A DNA stretch of 64,000 bases from Octopus sinensis (lineage: Eukaryota): the NCBI RefSeq assembly GCF_006345805.1, contig NC_043006.1:55428001-55492000 (forward strand), given 5' to 3'. Within the stretch, counting starts at the first letter, position 1. Every line of letters starts with the position of its first letter. The notes beneath the pieces are model-generated. The model was not told where the DNA came from. It saw only the letters and a program-made list of their open reading frames with translations, and did not search any database. Positions 39,213-53,289 of the stretch are shown in pieces. Both the position numbers and the translations under genes were made by a program.

Positions 39213-41126
39213 AAATTTATTTCGTAATGAGATAAAAAAAGTCAAGGATGTGTAGATCTTAGAACATTTATAGATAGGTCTTACAGCTGTTTCCAAGATA
39301 TTTATTGTATCCCTTCAACGGAGACGGTGCGAGAAGATGGTTAAGAAATAGTTAATTTTGATAAGATATAAAATAGAGAGTGACGTGGTGGAAATAAAAG
39401 AAAATAGATGTAAGATATGTAGAGATATTGCATTTGTAGATCCATTTTTTTAGGCAGAATGGTATACATATAATATTCCAATACTTTATGAGTGAAATCC
39501 AATAGAATTTAAAATTGGTCATTCCAAGTATAGAGTTTATACAAAGCGTTATTGAATCCAGGGTTGTGTTTAAAGTGACCTAAAAATAGAGAGTGTATTA
39601 GTAGGGTCAAATCGAAAACAGGAAGAGAGGAATGGAGAAAGAGAAGAAGAAGAGAGGAATGGAGAAAGAGAAGAAGAAGAGAAAAGAGAAAATGAGAGAA
39701 TAAGGAGAAGAACGTAAGAAGAAAAATAATAAAATAACGAAATAATATAAAAAAAAACAGGATGAGAGGAATAGCAGAAAAAAAGAAAAAAGAAAAAAGA
39801 AAACAAAGATATAGATAAGGGAAAATGTACCATTTAGTGGTCAGTGGAGATAATTTGAAAGTAGGAGTGGGGAGATAAAGGGTGATAGAGAGAAAAAGGT
39901 ATTAAAGTGTAGGAAGATAGAAGGAATGGAGGGAGGGTAATAAAAAGTAAAGCGACACATGTGTAGTGATAGATAAGCTTATCAACATCCCAATATTTCC
40001 CTTACCACAAACCTAACCAATACCTTAAATACCTTAACGTCCACTCCAATCACTACAAATCCGACCTCTCTTCTACTGAAGAAATTTTTAATAATCACGC
40101 ACCATATTATAATCAAGCACTCGCCGCTAGCGGCTTTTCCCAACAAATAGAATACATCCATAACACCAAGCTCAAACAATACATATCTCAAATCACATCT
40201 CAAACACGCAACAACCATCACAATCGCAAACCAACCACACGCGTTCGTTGATGGAACTCTGGAAGGTCTTGCACCTACGCAACCTAGACCACACACACAT
40301 TCATTTAACACCAGGTCAAAAACGAAAACAACTAAAACAACAATGGGCCTCGCCTCCCACATACCTTCCCCCAAAATATAGATAGCATTCCTTTATCTAA
40401 TAACTTAGATAGCACTAATCCCAGACCCCCTATAAAAAGTGGCAGACACTCTATTCTGTGGTACACACCACCATTCTCACTTAACGTTAAGAACTTAGCT
40501 AAATCCTTCTTTAGAATGCTAGACTCTAACTTCCCTCGATAACATAAATATCATTCTATTTTTAATCGATCCACCCTGAAAGTATCTTATTCTACCTCAG
40601 CCAACTTCGAATCTTTTGTAGCAGACTCTAATAAGCGAAAGCTCTCTCTTTACTATCAACGCTCACATAACAACTCTGGTAATACGAACACTCAACAGAC
40701 ATACATCTTTCCTCTCTTCCTGCTTTCGATTTGACCCTACTAATACACTCCCTATTTTTAGGTCACTTTAAACACAACCCTGGATTCAATAACGCTTTGT
40801 ATAAACTCTATACTTGGAATGACCAATTTTAAATTCTATTGGATTTCACTCATAAAGTATTGGAATATCATATGTATACCATTCTGCCTAAAATAAATGG
40901 ATCTACAAATGCAATATCCCTACATATCTTACATCTATTTTCTTTTATTTCCACCACGTCACTCTCTATTTTATATCTTATCTAAATTAGCTATTTCTTA
41001 ACCATCCTCTCACACCGTCTCCGTTGAAGGGATATAATTAATATCCTGGAAACAGCTGTAAGACCTATCTATAGATGTTCTAAGATCTACACAGCCTTGT
41101 TTTTTTTTATCTCATTATGAAATAAA

Positions 41127-41130
<4 letters not shown>
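39213..41130 (+). mobile_element. Penelope insertion with about 420-bp inverted pLTRs
   Basis: Arms at 39213-39631 and 40710-41130. The spacer encodes PLE post-RT linker (YLNVHSNH, ILWYTPPFS, IFNRSTLKVSYS). An HHR fold lies in each arm. Confidence 0.88.
41017..41064 (+). ncRNA. Minimal hammerhead fold, variant core (mirror copy at 39278-39325)
   Basis: GTCT-CCGTTGA-A-GGGATA(TAATTAA)TATCCT-G-GAAA-CAGCTG-TA-AGAC; palindromic stem III. Confidence 0.6.
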
Positions 41131-41204
<74 letters not shown>

Positions 41205-41502
41205 GCATACATACATACATATTTTCATACATATGTATCTATGAATATTTCTTGAATAATAGGTACAGTAGCTGACATGCACAGTTAAAATTGAAAATAA
41301 AAATACAAAAAAAAAGTTTGAACGAAACATACAGTGCAAAACGAAACAGGAAACATTAATAAAACTAAAGTCAAGACTCAACAACATTCCTATTATTCAT
41401 TAATGTTGCTTTTGTCTTGGAAAATTTCGTTTCGTTTACTTTTGTGCTTTGTTTTCATGTTTTCCATATAAATTTTGTTATTGTTTGCTGTTCGATATTC
41501 GA

Positions 41503-42932
41503 AATTTTTTAACGTATTTTTTTGTTAAATTCTCGAATTACGACGTGTTTGTTATTCTCATGATACCTATCGATCAGTTGGGAACGGGGAAATGTTTATT
41601 AGACTAGGTTGCTAATAAATCAAATGAGTGGTGTTTCAAGTGAGATGGTCTATTTTTTATGTTCTTTTAATGAAGTTCGCTTTGGGCAAGATAGAGAGAT
41701 AAGTAGAGAAAGTTTGTATGTTTTAAGTGAATGATAGGGCGAAAGCATATTGTGCGTGACTACGTGTGTTTGTGTGTGTTACACTGTGCCGGTAGTAATA
41801 TAGATTGTTACAGCGAGATAATAGTAATGTGACGGCAGTGTGTACTCCAACGGTTATACCACATAACCTGTCGTAGGATTTTTCCGGTTGTGGGGAGATT
41901 CAGTTATGCTACTCTATTCTATGTTAGCACAAATGAGCATTTGATCTGATACTTTATTGTATCGACCCAGAAAAATGAAAGGTTAATTTGACCTCGGTGG
42001 GATTTGAACTCAGAATGTAAACAGCCGCAACAAATACTGCAAGGTATTTTGTCCGACGGTCTAATGATTCTGAAAATACTCTGCTGTCGCTCGTTGCTCA
42101 TACTGTATAATGAGAATGAGAAAACTTTGAGAAAATTAACGATAATGCTGAAGTAATTCTCTCCAAGTGAAATTAAAATATGTAGTAGCATTATACACGA
42201 AAATCCCATGGTAATTTTATAAACTTTAAGAGTTAGGAAACAAATGAGTGGTGTTTCAAGTGAGATGGCCTGTTTTTTTATGGCCTATTTTATGACCGAT
42301 ATCCAAATGATGGCTAGACGTATATTAAGCTTTATTTTCAGAAGTATATTGAGCTTTATTTTCAGAATCATTAGACCGTCGGACAAAATGCCTTGCAGTA
42401 TTTGTTGCGGCTGTTTACATTCTGAGTTCAAATCCCACCGAGGTTAAATTAACCTTTCATTTTTCTGGGTCGATACAATAAAGTATCAGATCAAATGCTC
42501 ATTTGTGCTAACATAGAATAGAGTAGCATAACTGAATCTCCCCACAACCGGAAAAATCCTACGACAGGTTATGTGGTATAACCGTTGGAGTACACACTGC
42601 CGTCACATTGCTATTATCTCGCTGTAACAATCTATATTACTACCGGCACAGTGTAACACACACAAACACACGTAGTCACGCACAATATGCTTTCGCCCTA
42701 TCATTCACTTAAAACATACAAACTTTCTCTACTTATCTCTCTATCTTGCCCAAAGCGAACTTCATTAAAATAACATAAAAAATAGGCCATCTCACTTGAA
42801 ACACCACTCATTTGTTTTATTAGCAACCTAGTCTAATAAACATTTCCCCGTTTCCCACTGATCGATAGGTATCATGAGAATAACAAACACGTCGTAATTC
42901 GAGAATTTAACAAAAGAATACGTTAAAAAATT
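41503..42932. repeat. 576-bp near-perfect inverted duplication with a 278-bp spacer
   Basis: 41503-42078 mirrors 42357-42932; the arms include an old SINE fragment. Confidence 0.95.
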
Positions 42933-43047
42933 ATAGAGAACTGAATACATTCATCTGGAAATTGTATTGTTACAGAAGTATTTGTTGTTTGAAATAGTTT
43001 GAAGTTTATAAATACCAAAGGCGCGTTATATATTTGAAAACTTGTTA

Positions 43048-43268
43048 TACAAGTGGGTACTGAAAAGTTACAGGCCTTAACGGTGCTGCGAAAGGCCTGG
43101 CTGGAGGCCCAACTTTCCGAGTTCTTTTACAAGGCTTAGAAAAACTGAAGGAACGCTGCAATAAGTCTATGAATCTGAGAGGGAAATATATTGAATAAAA
43201 TCACAATTAACTGGTCCACCTGTATTTTATTTTACCCAAAGCCAGGAATTTCTCAGCATTTCCTCGTA
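43048..43268 (+). mobile_element. Mariner-derived MITE
   Basis: Ends tacaagtgggtactgaaaagttacagg and ccaggaatttctcagcattcctcgta are imperfect TIRs; the interior resembles a transposase C-terminus (GLEKLKERCNK..NLRG.YIE*). Confidence 0.7.
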
Positions 43269-43523
43269 CACTTGTCAATGTTTCCGGTTGTTCTCATTTA
43301 TTTTCATCTTTTTGTCAAGAAATAAATGCATTCCAGAATGAATGAGCTCCATACAGTTATCCATGAGAAAATACTGGTACGTTTCTCTTCACCATTTTCA
43401 TATTTGTTAGAATCATTGAAAATATCCTTAAAGAATAAATTACATGTTAAAAGCATAAAACGTCTGAACATCGGAACGATATCAAAGACGTAATCTATTT
43501 CTAGTAATATTCTGCTATAGTAC

Positions 43524-43698
43524 AAAGGCTGAAAGCTAGCAGAATTGTTAACACGCCGGGCAAAATGTTTAGCGGCATTTTGTCTGTCTGCACGTTCTGG
43601 GTTCAAATTCCGCAGAGGTCGACTTTGAACACTGATGTCGATATAATCGATTGTAACCCTCCTCCCAACTTCCTGGCCTTGTGCCAAAAGTTGAAACT
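43524..43698 (+). mobile_element. tRNA-derived SINE with internal deletion
   Basis: agctagcagaattgttaacacg (A-box region), gggttcaaattcc (B-box), tail ggccttgtgccaaaagttgaaac. Confidence 0.75.
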
Positions 43699-45053
43699 AA
43701 TATTCTGCCACGGTACGACTACATTAGTAAACCTTGAACAAATTTTAAGATCCTCTGCTACGATCTTATTTTCTGAAAACTTTGTATGTGTCTGGACTTG
43801 AAGCCACATTCTCAGTCATAGAAGTATTGAAGCTGTCCCACTAACCTGTGGACATACACACCACATGCATTACTTACGGGGGAATATTCACAGTTCAGTG
43901 TGTTAGCTGCAGTACTTAGTTAACTGGGAATGTGAATTCAAGTCTAGCTACATATACTTTATATACATACATTTATACATACAGATGTATAAATGCTATT
44001 TATTAAAGCCGAAGAATTTCTTCACAACCTGTTACTCATAGTATTGCTTGACCGTTCATCGAACAACTGCGATACTGAACATAAAATTGTGTAGGCACAT
44101 ATGAGATGATACAACATCATATAATGTAGTCATTAACAGGTCAACAAATAAGTAACTGAATTTGATTGGGTGATTGATTAAAAAAATAATAATGAAGTAT
44201 GCAGACTACCAGGGGTGGGGGTTAACATAAATATGGTATAAGCAAAAAAATTAATAATTAAACCGAAAAAACTTTGTAATAAAGCGATTAAAAACGGACA
44301 GGATATATAAAAAAAATAAGAATTGCAAATAATTGACAGGAATAGTAGTCTTGCAAAAGTAGTCGAAATTATAATGAAGGATAAAGATAAGAATAGAAGC
44401 TAGAGATGAGAAATATAATAAGTAAAAAAGTATCCAAAAATGTAATGCTACAAGCTGTGAAAAGAAATGATAGTAATAATAGAGAGAAGAGAAGTAAAAA
44501 GATAAAGACAGTAAAAAGTGGGGAGAGGAAGAAGAAATAAAGCAGAAACGGGGAGAGAAAGGGGTAGATCAAACAGGGAGAAGTAAACAAGAAGGAAAAG
44601 AATAATCTAGAACATATAAGGATGGAGAAGTAACGAACGACCATTTTCCACCGGTCATTCTTCGCAGCAGCTTCATTGCGGTCATTACCGTCAGGCGCGG
44701 CTAAACATGCCATTTATTCTGGGGTGTGTGGCACATCGTATCCCCCACCCATCTTCTGGTACTTTACCCCCTTTCTTATCTTTCCTTTTTTTATATTTGC
44801 TTTTTTTTTATTCTTTGTATTTAAATGTTATAATTCTAAAAAAAAACAACTTACGGACGTTTCTTTATCTACCTCATAAATACTGAACTATACAAATATG
44901 TATACAGCGGGAAAATGTGTTCAGAAAAACTCCGCAAAACTATACTTTACGTCAATGTAAAAGCATTGATGGTTATGTCAAGTTGATGGGGACAAAGGAG
45001 AAAAGCAGAGGAAGTGAGATTGTTAATAATAGTGGAAGCATAGGAGAATAATG

Positions 45054-45141
<88 letters not shown>

Positions 45142-45347
45142 TATGACAGGGGAATATTCTTGAAGTTGCATGCTTCGCTTCTCTGTTTTTTCGTTGTTAC
45201 AAAAATAGTTCGTTTCTATGTTTTTTTTTAATGTTTTCGTATCTCATTGTGTTCAAGGTTTTTTTGGTGTCCTGTACCCATATATGCATATATTTATATA
45301 TTATTTATATTATAATATATTATTTTATATATATATATATATATATA

Positions 45348-47239
45348 GAACCACTGTCTCACCTATTGGGCCATTGATTGATGAAAACGGCATTCCCCAA
45401 CACGATGCTAAAGAAATGGCAGAAATACTGCAGAAACAATATTGCTCTGTCTTCAGTGTTCCCACTGATATTGATGTGAGGGAAACGAACGAAGCTGACT
45501 CCCAACACAAAATCGCAGACATATCCTTCACTGCCACCGACATCGTAGCAGCAATAAATGAGGTCAAACATTACTCCGCTGTAGGCCCTGATAGATTTCC
45601 CGCCAGTCTCCTGAAGGAATGTAGATATCAACTTGCAGTCCCTCTGACCAACCTCTGGAGAAACTCGTTAGACGCAGGTTATATACCGAAAAAGTTTCTA
45701 TCCCAGTCGGTCATCCCGGTTTTCAAACAGGGAAACAGATCCCTCGCAGTCAACTATCGCCCAATCTCACTCACCTCCCACATCATTAACGTGTTTGAAA
45801 GAGTGTTAAGATCAAGGATAGCTGACTTCCTGGAGACCCACAAACTCCTAAATTCAAATCAACATGGCTTTCGCTGTGGCAGGGACTGTCTAACACAGCT
45901 CTTACACCACATTGAAGATGTACTCAAAGCCTTGGGAACAGGTTCGAACTCTGACGTCATATACCTTGACTTCAGTAAAGCGTTCGACAGGGTAGACCAT
46001 AACATCCTACTCTCAAAATTGGCAAATGTTGGAATCCGTGGAAAAGTTCTACACTGGATTCAGTATTTCCTAGCGAATAGAACACAACATGTTGTAGTTG
46101 ATGGAGTCCACTCAAACCCAGCAAAAGTCACCAGCGGTGTTCCCCAGGGAACTGTTTTGGGTCCGCTACTCTTCATAATTTATGTAAACGACCTTTCCAG
46201 TGTGGTACATCACTGCAAAGTGAAAATATTCGCTGATGACACTAAGCTCCAGCAAATCGTCAATGAAGAAGCAGACCGAACTCAACTCCAGTCTGACCTA
46301 TATGCTGTGAGTCAATGGGCAGACAGAAACAAAATGCAACTGAATGAGGGAAAATTTGAGCTGATGCATTTTGGAAGAAATTCCTCACTAAAACAACCAT
46401 ACTCTCTTCCTTCAGGGGAACCGCTCACAGCCTCTAACAATATCAGAGACCTGGGTGTAATTGTTGATGACGATCTCAGTTGGAGTGCACACATCAACAA
46501 GAAGGTCGATACAGCTCGTAGGATGAGTTCCTGGATCTTAAGAACTTTCCGGTCCAGAGAACAAGGTGTCATCATACCACTTTTTTCATCCTTTGTACGG
46601 CCACACCTTGAATACTGCTGCCCACTGTGGTCCTCACACAAGACAAAACATCTCCAGAATTGAGTCACCCCAGAGGGCTCTCACTAAACAAATTGAAGGC
46701 ATGGCTGCTCTCGACTATTGGGATCGCCTTAAAGCCTTGAAATTTTACTCCCTCCAGCGTCGCCGTGAGCGGTACATCATTTGTACGATGTGGAAAATAT
46801 ACCTCCAACTTTGCCCAAACGACCTAAACATTAGCTTCAAGGTTCATCCGAGACTTGGACCACGGGCTATACGTCCCCTGCCAAATTCAAGATCACAACA
46901 TACATGTACACTGCAACATAATTTCTTTTCCTCAACAGGCCCTGCCCTATTTAACATTGTCCCGAGGGAGATCAAAGAGGAAAAGGATCCCATCAACTTC
47001 AAACAGAGTCTGGATAGATTCCTTCAAAGAATACCAGACAAGCCACCCATAATTGGATACAACTCACCCAACAAGAACTCACTACTTGAACAAAACTGGA
47101 TACAACTCACCCAACAAGAACTCACTACTTGAACAAAACTTGACTTAAACAGGATTCGAATAATCCTATCAGGTGGTGCTATTAAGTTAGACATGGCCTG
47201 GACCAATCTCTGGTCGAAACATATCTAAGTTTTATCTAA

Positions 47240-47244
<5 letters not shown>
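45348..47244 (+). mobile_element. Second 5'-truncated CR1-type LINE (different family), inserted in (TA)n
   Basis: RT has PVFKQG, YRPISLTS, QHGF, DFSKAFDRV, GVPQGTVLGP and FADD; one frameshift near 46640; (ATCTAAGTTTT)x2 tail. Confidence 0.93.
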
Positions 47245-47271
<27 letters not shown>

Positions 47272-47820
47272 AGTACATCTACATCTAAGCGTTCGTACAA
47301 ATACATATATACACATACTTATTAATACACGTAAGATACGCATACATATATGCAAGTATACATGTATATACACACAGGCATATCCGAAATATATAAACAG
47401 ATGTAAAACATCATGCAAATATACATAAATGCATCCATATTAACACATATAACGTATTCACACACATGCACACTGAAAAGGTATATACACTCGTAGAAAT
47501 AGACAAGTATGTTAAACATATGCAAAGAAGAAAATAGCAAAGAAAGCAAAAAAGTCGTATGCAGAGATAAACGGAAGAAATGTAGAACGAATTAAATATT
47601 GTAAAAAATAGAATAATTGAAATAAAACTTATAGGTGAATTTCCTGTGAAAATGGTGATCATTGAAAGTTTTACAAGGTAAAATATACTCATAAAAAATA
47701 TGCTTTACAAAAAAAACAACCTAAAATCCTAGATGTAGCGTGCAAAACAAAGTGAAATAAAGTAATATAAAACGGGAAGAAAATGAGTGACCTTCAGAAA
47801 TGCACAATGATATTAAAATA

Positions 47821-48331
47821 CAGGGTTATTCAAAACCAATGAACCGATTTCATTACGCAATATTTCAATAAGGAAAAGCATCAGAAAACTCCAGCTAAGT
47901 CACAAGTATTTACCCACAATCAACTTTTAGTTCCTGCAGCTCGGGCAACATCAATGCGATAAGAGAATTCCTCCTAGACGTGTATCAGCATATCATGATC
48001 CACTGAGTTGACCGCTGTTGTTATTCGATATTTAAGGTCATCGGGGCGCGGTGGAACATAAACATGATCTTTTACATATCCTCACAAGAAAGTATGATAC
48101 ACGGTGAGGTCTAGGGATCTCGCAGACCAAGTACAAAGAGCATCTGGGAGGAATTCTCTTAGCGCATTGATGTCGCCCGTGTTGCATGTAGTAGCCATAT
48201 CGAACACCTGTAAAAAAGGAAATAAAAGTTGAGTGTGAGTAAATACTTGTAACTTAGCTGGAGTTTTCTATTGATTTTTCTCATTAAAATATTGCGCAAT
48301 GAAATCGGTTCATTCTTTTTGAATAACCCTG
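47821..48331. mobile_element. Palindromic Tc1/mariner-superfamily MITE
   Basis: TIRs start cagggttattcaaaa with TA at the left. The minus-strand interior reads WSARSLDLT..FL*GYVKDHVYVPP (WPPRSPDL-type motif). Confidence 0.85.
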
Positions 48332-49023
48332 CAATAATATTAAAAATTCAATTCTGGACATGTTCTTAAATTATAAGCATCTAAAGTTCATGGAAAAACA
48401 CGGGCTAAATGCAGTATAGAGCGGCCAAAAAGGATCGTTTAAAACGATCAAAGAAGGGGATCGTTTATAATAAAAGTCAATGGCTATTTTTTTAAAAAGT
48501 GGGAAAGTACGTGACAATAATAAGGATACATGATAAAGTTGAAATGAGCATTAAAAGCGTTTATAAAAGTTTTACGATTTAATTACCAATAATTTATTCT
48601 TTATTCCACTATTTAAGTTAACCTCATCCACCGGCAGTTAAAACATTCACCGTTGTTTTCTTTTAAATCAGTCGTCCAATCAAATTCAGTTACTTATTCG
48701 TTGATCTATTAATGACTACGTTAATGATATTATGTCATATTATAGTTGCCTACAAAATTTTATGTTCAGTATTATGGCAACTGTCCGTCGAACGGTCACG
48801 TGAAACTGAGTAACAGTTTGCGAAGAATTTTTTCGGTTAAAAAAAATATTCGAGTAATATTTTTTTCCTCGTTGCTTTGCATTTATGTGCTTACTTGTAT
48901 GAATGCACACACACACATATGCATATATGTATATGTATATGTATATTCAAAATGTGACCTCTTGTGTACCGTTGGCGATTGTTTTCCTCTGTCTTCCCGT
49001 CTCTGGATCTTTCCTTCTCCTAT

Positions 49024-49058
49024 GTTTCCGACGAAGAGCTCCGCTCGAAACGTTAAAC
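49024..49058 (+). ncRNA. Minimal hammerhead fold (C4 variant) in a solo pLTR (about 48950-49157)
   Basis: GTTT-CCGACGA-A-GAGC(TCC)GCTC-GAAA-CGTT-AAAC; loopless palindromic stem III. Confidence 0.6.
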
Positions 49059-49152
49059 CCCCCTTCTTCCCGTCTTTCCTGAGCGTCCAATAATACTATA
49101 TTTGTTCCACGTCCTCGCGTTGTTGTGTTTTTTTGTGTTTTCTTGTTTGGAT

Positions 49153-49194
<42 letters not shown>

Positions 49195-49195
<1 letters not shown>

Positions 49196-50945
49196 TTTAT
49201 TTTAAGCAGCAGAAAATTCAACAAAATCTGTTACTCTGAGTTTCTCGTTGCCGTTCATCAGACAGTTTTTGCTAGAATGGAACAATATATATTAATTCAA
49301 TCTATACTCTTACAAACGCTACACCTTTAAAAAGAAATGGACTTGTTTGATTGGCCCTTTAGAAAAAACGGTCAATCTTCGAGCGATAAACAAAAAGGTC
49401 AAAAATATATGTATATATATATAAAAACTTATAAAAATTATAAAAATTATAAAATCCGAGGAAAAAACCTATTGCCGTTAATGAAGACAGTACAAATTAA
49501 TGCATAGAAATTAAACCTGTTATAAATACTGCAATACATATTTATATTAAAATCCACATATATATATCAACATACACAAAAGGATGCGCGTAAACGCCAT
49601 ACATACATATACAGACGTATGAATATGAATCTAAATTATACACATAAAAGCATGTGTACATATATTCACGCAAACCGTCTCGCACGCAAGCTAAAATTCA
49701 TCTATGTAGCAATTCTCATATACTGAGCAAGGAGGGGGAACAAAAGAAAGGGAAAGAGAGAAAAAGGAACGAAAGAGGTGTGGGGGGGAAACTTGTAGCG
49801 ATGTTATTGGCATCTATAGAGGCCAGTATACATACACAAGTTTGAATTGATACATATATATACCGTCGTGTGTATGCGTGCTTAAGCACAAGCATACTTT
49901 CACTTACACATACACAGATACGCATGCTTACAAATACATATGCTTTGCTATACACAAACTTATATAAACATTCTAAATTTGACAACATTGCTTTTTTTTA
50001 AAAAAACATTGCTTTTAAAAAATGGGTGCATTAATAAAAATATATACGAAAGACATATAAAATAAAATATAACATCCTATTTTGGGTCATTTATAAATAA
50101 TCAAGGTAATATAAATAATCAAGGTAATCCTATGCAATACAATAACATGAAAACAAAGTTTGTAGGTTTTTCCTAATATATATGTAGAAACAATAAGACT
50201 TTGCTATAGATCCGTCGTAGCGCTTAAGAGTCAAAATCAAAATCAAAAATCAAAATACAAAATATATACTCTATCCATATGGTATATTTATATTCGACAT
50301 TTTAAATTTAGCCGCGTGCCTACATAAGTTCATTAACTCACTTCTTTGATTCAAAGAATTATTGTCTTTGAATAATATGTGCATTTTTTCTAATAAGCAA
50401 AGCTTGCACTTGAAATTATATTTGTAAGCTCCATGCCTGTGCGAGACGGTTTGCGTGAATATATGTACACATGCTTTTATGTGTATAATTTAGATTCATA
50501 TTCATACGTCTGTATATGTATGTATGGCGTTTACGCGCATCCTTTTGTGTATGTTGATATATATATGTGGATTTTAATATAAATATGTATTGCAGTATTT
50601 ATAACAGGTTTAATTTCTATGCATTAATTTGTACTGTCTTCATTAACGGCAATAGGTTTTTTCCTCGTTTTTTTTTTCCTCGGATTTTATAATTTTTATA
50701 ATTTTTATAAGTTTTTATATATATATACATATATTTTTGACCTTTTTGTTTATCGCTCGAAGATTGACCGTTTTTTTCTAAAGGGCCAATCAAACAAGTC
50801 CATTTCTTTTTAAAGGTGTAGCGTTTGTAAGAGTATAGATTGAATTAATATATATTGTTCCATTCTAGCAAAAACTGTCTGATGAACGGCAACGAGAAAC
50901 TCAGAGTAACAGATTTTGTTGAATTTTCTGCTGCTTAAAATAAAG
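49195..50945. repeat. About 490-bp near-perfect inverted repeat, pLTR-like and HHR-bearing
   Basis: 49195-49685 mirrors 50439-50945; the right arm has one extra short T/CCTCG duplication. Confidence 0.95.
50867..50920 (+). ncRNA. Minimal hammerhead fold with canonical core (mirror copy at 49220-49273)
   Basis: AGCAAAAACTGT-CTGATGA-A-CG(GCAA)CG-A-GAAA-C(TCAGA)GTA-ACAGATTTTGTT. Confidence 0.72.
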
Positions 50946-51026
50946 CATATTACTCTACCACTGGTATTTGAGTACTCTTTTTTTTTTTTTTTTTTCCACC
51001 TTGTTTCACATTTATGTGTTTACTCC

Positions 51027-51115
<89 letters not shown>

Positions 51116-51365
51116 TTGTTTCAGTATTTTGCTTAGGCATAGTGCTACTAGTAACCTGGAGTTAGATACGTTAGTCGAGTTCAGAGTTTGAAAGCTAAAA
51201 GCAACTCCCAGAAATATGTAGAACTAGATGATCTTGTGTATATATATGTATATAGATACGCATATGATGAATCCCTATATAAATAATTATCTATACGAAT
51301 ACATGAAATATTGACAGAATACGTATGTTAATACAGAATGTACATATGACTGACCATAAAGAAAC

Positions 51366-51400
51366 CCTGTGTGCAGCCCTGTGTGGCTAATAAAGAAACA
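51366..51400 (+). mobile_element. Extreme 3' tip of the L1/Tx1-like element, followed by (TCTA)n
   Basis: ctgtgtgcagccctgtgtggctaataaagaaaca, identical to the end of the copy at 57095-57692. Confidence 0.75.
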
Positions 51401-51420
51401 TATCTATCAATCTGTCTATC

Positions 51421-51542
<122 letters not shown>

Positions 51543-52266
51543 CTATCTATCTGTCTATCGATAGTTTATTCGTAAACAAGAATAGTTAACAGGGGCTTCG
51601 ATGTTTTGGCCAGTTGAATTTTTCTCTGTTTGCCGTTTCCTTGTTTGCGTATATTTCACATACTTGTCTATTTCTACGAGTGTACATACATGTTTGATGT
51701 ACATGTGTGTGTGTGTGTGTGTGTGTGCGTATACTTTACATGTGATAATACGAATGTATTTATGCATGTCAAATATGCTTGGGGCACATTCGAAGCCGTT
51801 AGGAAGCCGTTCATTATGTTTTGTCTCGGAGAAAATAATCTTGCATTTATATACACCACAACTTAGTGCTGCCATCTCGTATTTATGTATACTTGTATGT
51901 TGTTTTAAATGTGTTTATAGATATATAGATACATAGACATCTACATGTATACATACATTTACATGTAAAAGCATGCATGCGTGCGCGCGCACACACACAC
52001 ATGCGAACACACATCCAGACATACAGAGACACACATGCACAAACACATACGCATACACACACACAGACACATACAGTTATACCCTCTGGTCTAGAATTGT
52101 TTGCGCATGGTGTCGTGGAAATTGAAATCATGTGAATTGTTTACGATTTTTGTATGATAATAAAAACGTAAAATTTAAACGACTTCTTATTGAAATGAAG
52201 ATACAAATACAATAATCGTATGTATGCATATATAGATGCATGTATATGCATACTAACACACACACA

Positions 52267-52328
<62 letters not shown>

Positions 52329-52819
52329 GATGTATATAATATAGATAATATATATATACGCATGTATATAATAATATGAATAATATATATGCATATATGC
52401 ATCGAAAAGCAAATTAAAAAAATTGGGATTTGCGGTGGGTTAAAGTGGTGACACAAACAGGACAGTGAGAACAAAACAGTAAAAAACGAACGGTAAGGGC
52501 TGTTAAGCCATAACGAGGTGAAGTGATGAACGCTGGAGAAACGAGCTTTGAGACAGACAAAAGCATGTCTTGTCTTTAGGAAGGAAGTGGAAGAAAGAAA
52601 GATAGATAGCCGTTGGTGACATGTAAGGAACAAGAGTCAAGGAGGAAGAGTGAGGGAACGGTGAAGGGAAGAGGAGAAAAATTAGAGAAAGGGTGGGAGA
52701 GAAAAACAGAAAGAAAGAAGAATAAGAGAGGGAGATACAATAGAGATAAGTTGTAGAGTACGCATCGGAATTATTAAGATATAACTTATTTGGAAAAGGA
52801 TGGTTCATATAATAATATA

Positions 52820-52925
<106 letters not shown>

Positions 52926-52984
52926 TTAGAGACAAAATCACTATTATGCAAATCAAATTTAAAATTGAATAGAAGGTCTGAAAA

Positions 52985-53030
52985 CCACCTGATGAATGTC
53001 CTTAGAAGTGACAAGAAACAATAGTAGTGG
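52985..53030 (+). ncRNA. Minimal hammerhead fold with canonical core and GUA triplet
   Basis: CCAC-CTGATGA-A-TGTC(CTTAGAAGT)GACA-A-GAAA-C(AATA)GTA-GTGG; enclosed by about 45-bp inverted arms at 52913-52958 and 53090-53135. Confidence 0.78.
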
Positions 53031-53201
53031 ATAACTTAATTTTATTTAATTTATATAAATTTTTTATGTATTGGATTAAGTCTTTCTTTATTTGATTTGC
53101 ATAATAGTGGTTTTGTCTCTAATTAATATTATATAATATTTTACTATAAAATTGGATTCAATCCTAAATCCGATTTTTCCTGTAAATTTGGATTTATTCC
53201 C

Positions 53202-53273
<72 letters not shown>

Positions 53274-53289
53274 AATCTTTATCGACCCT

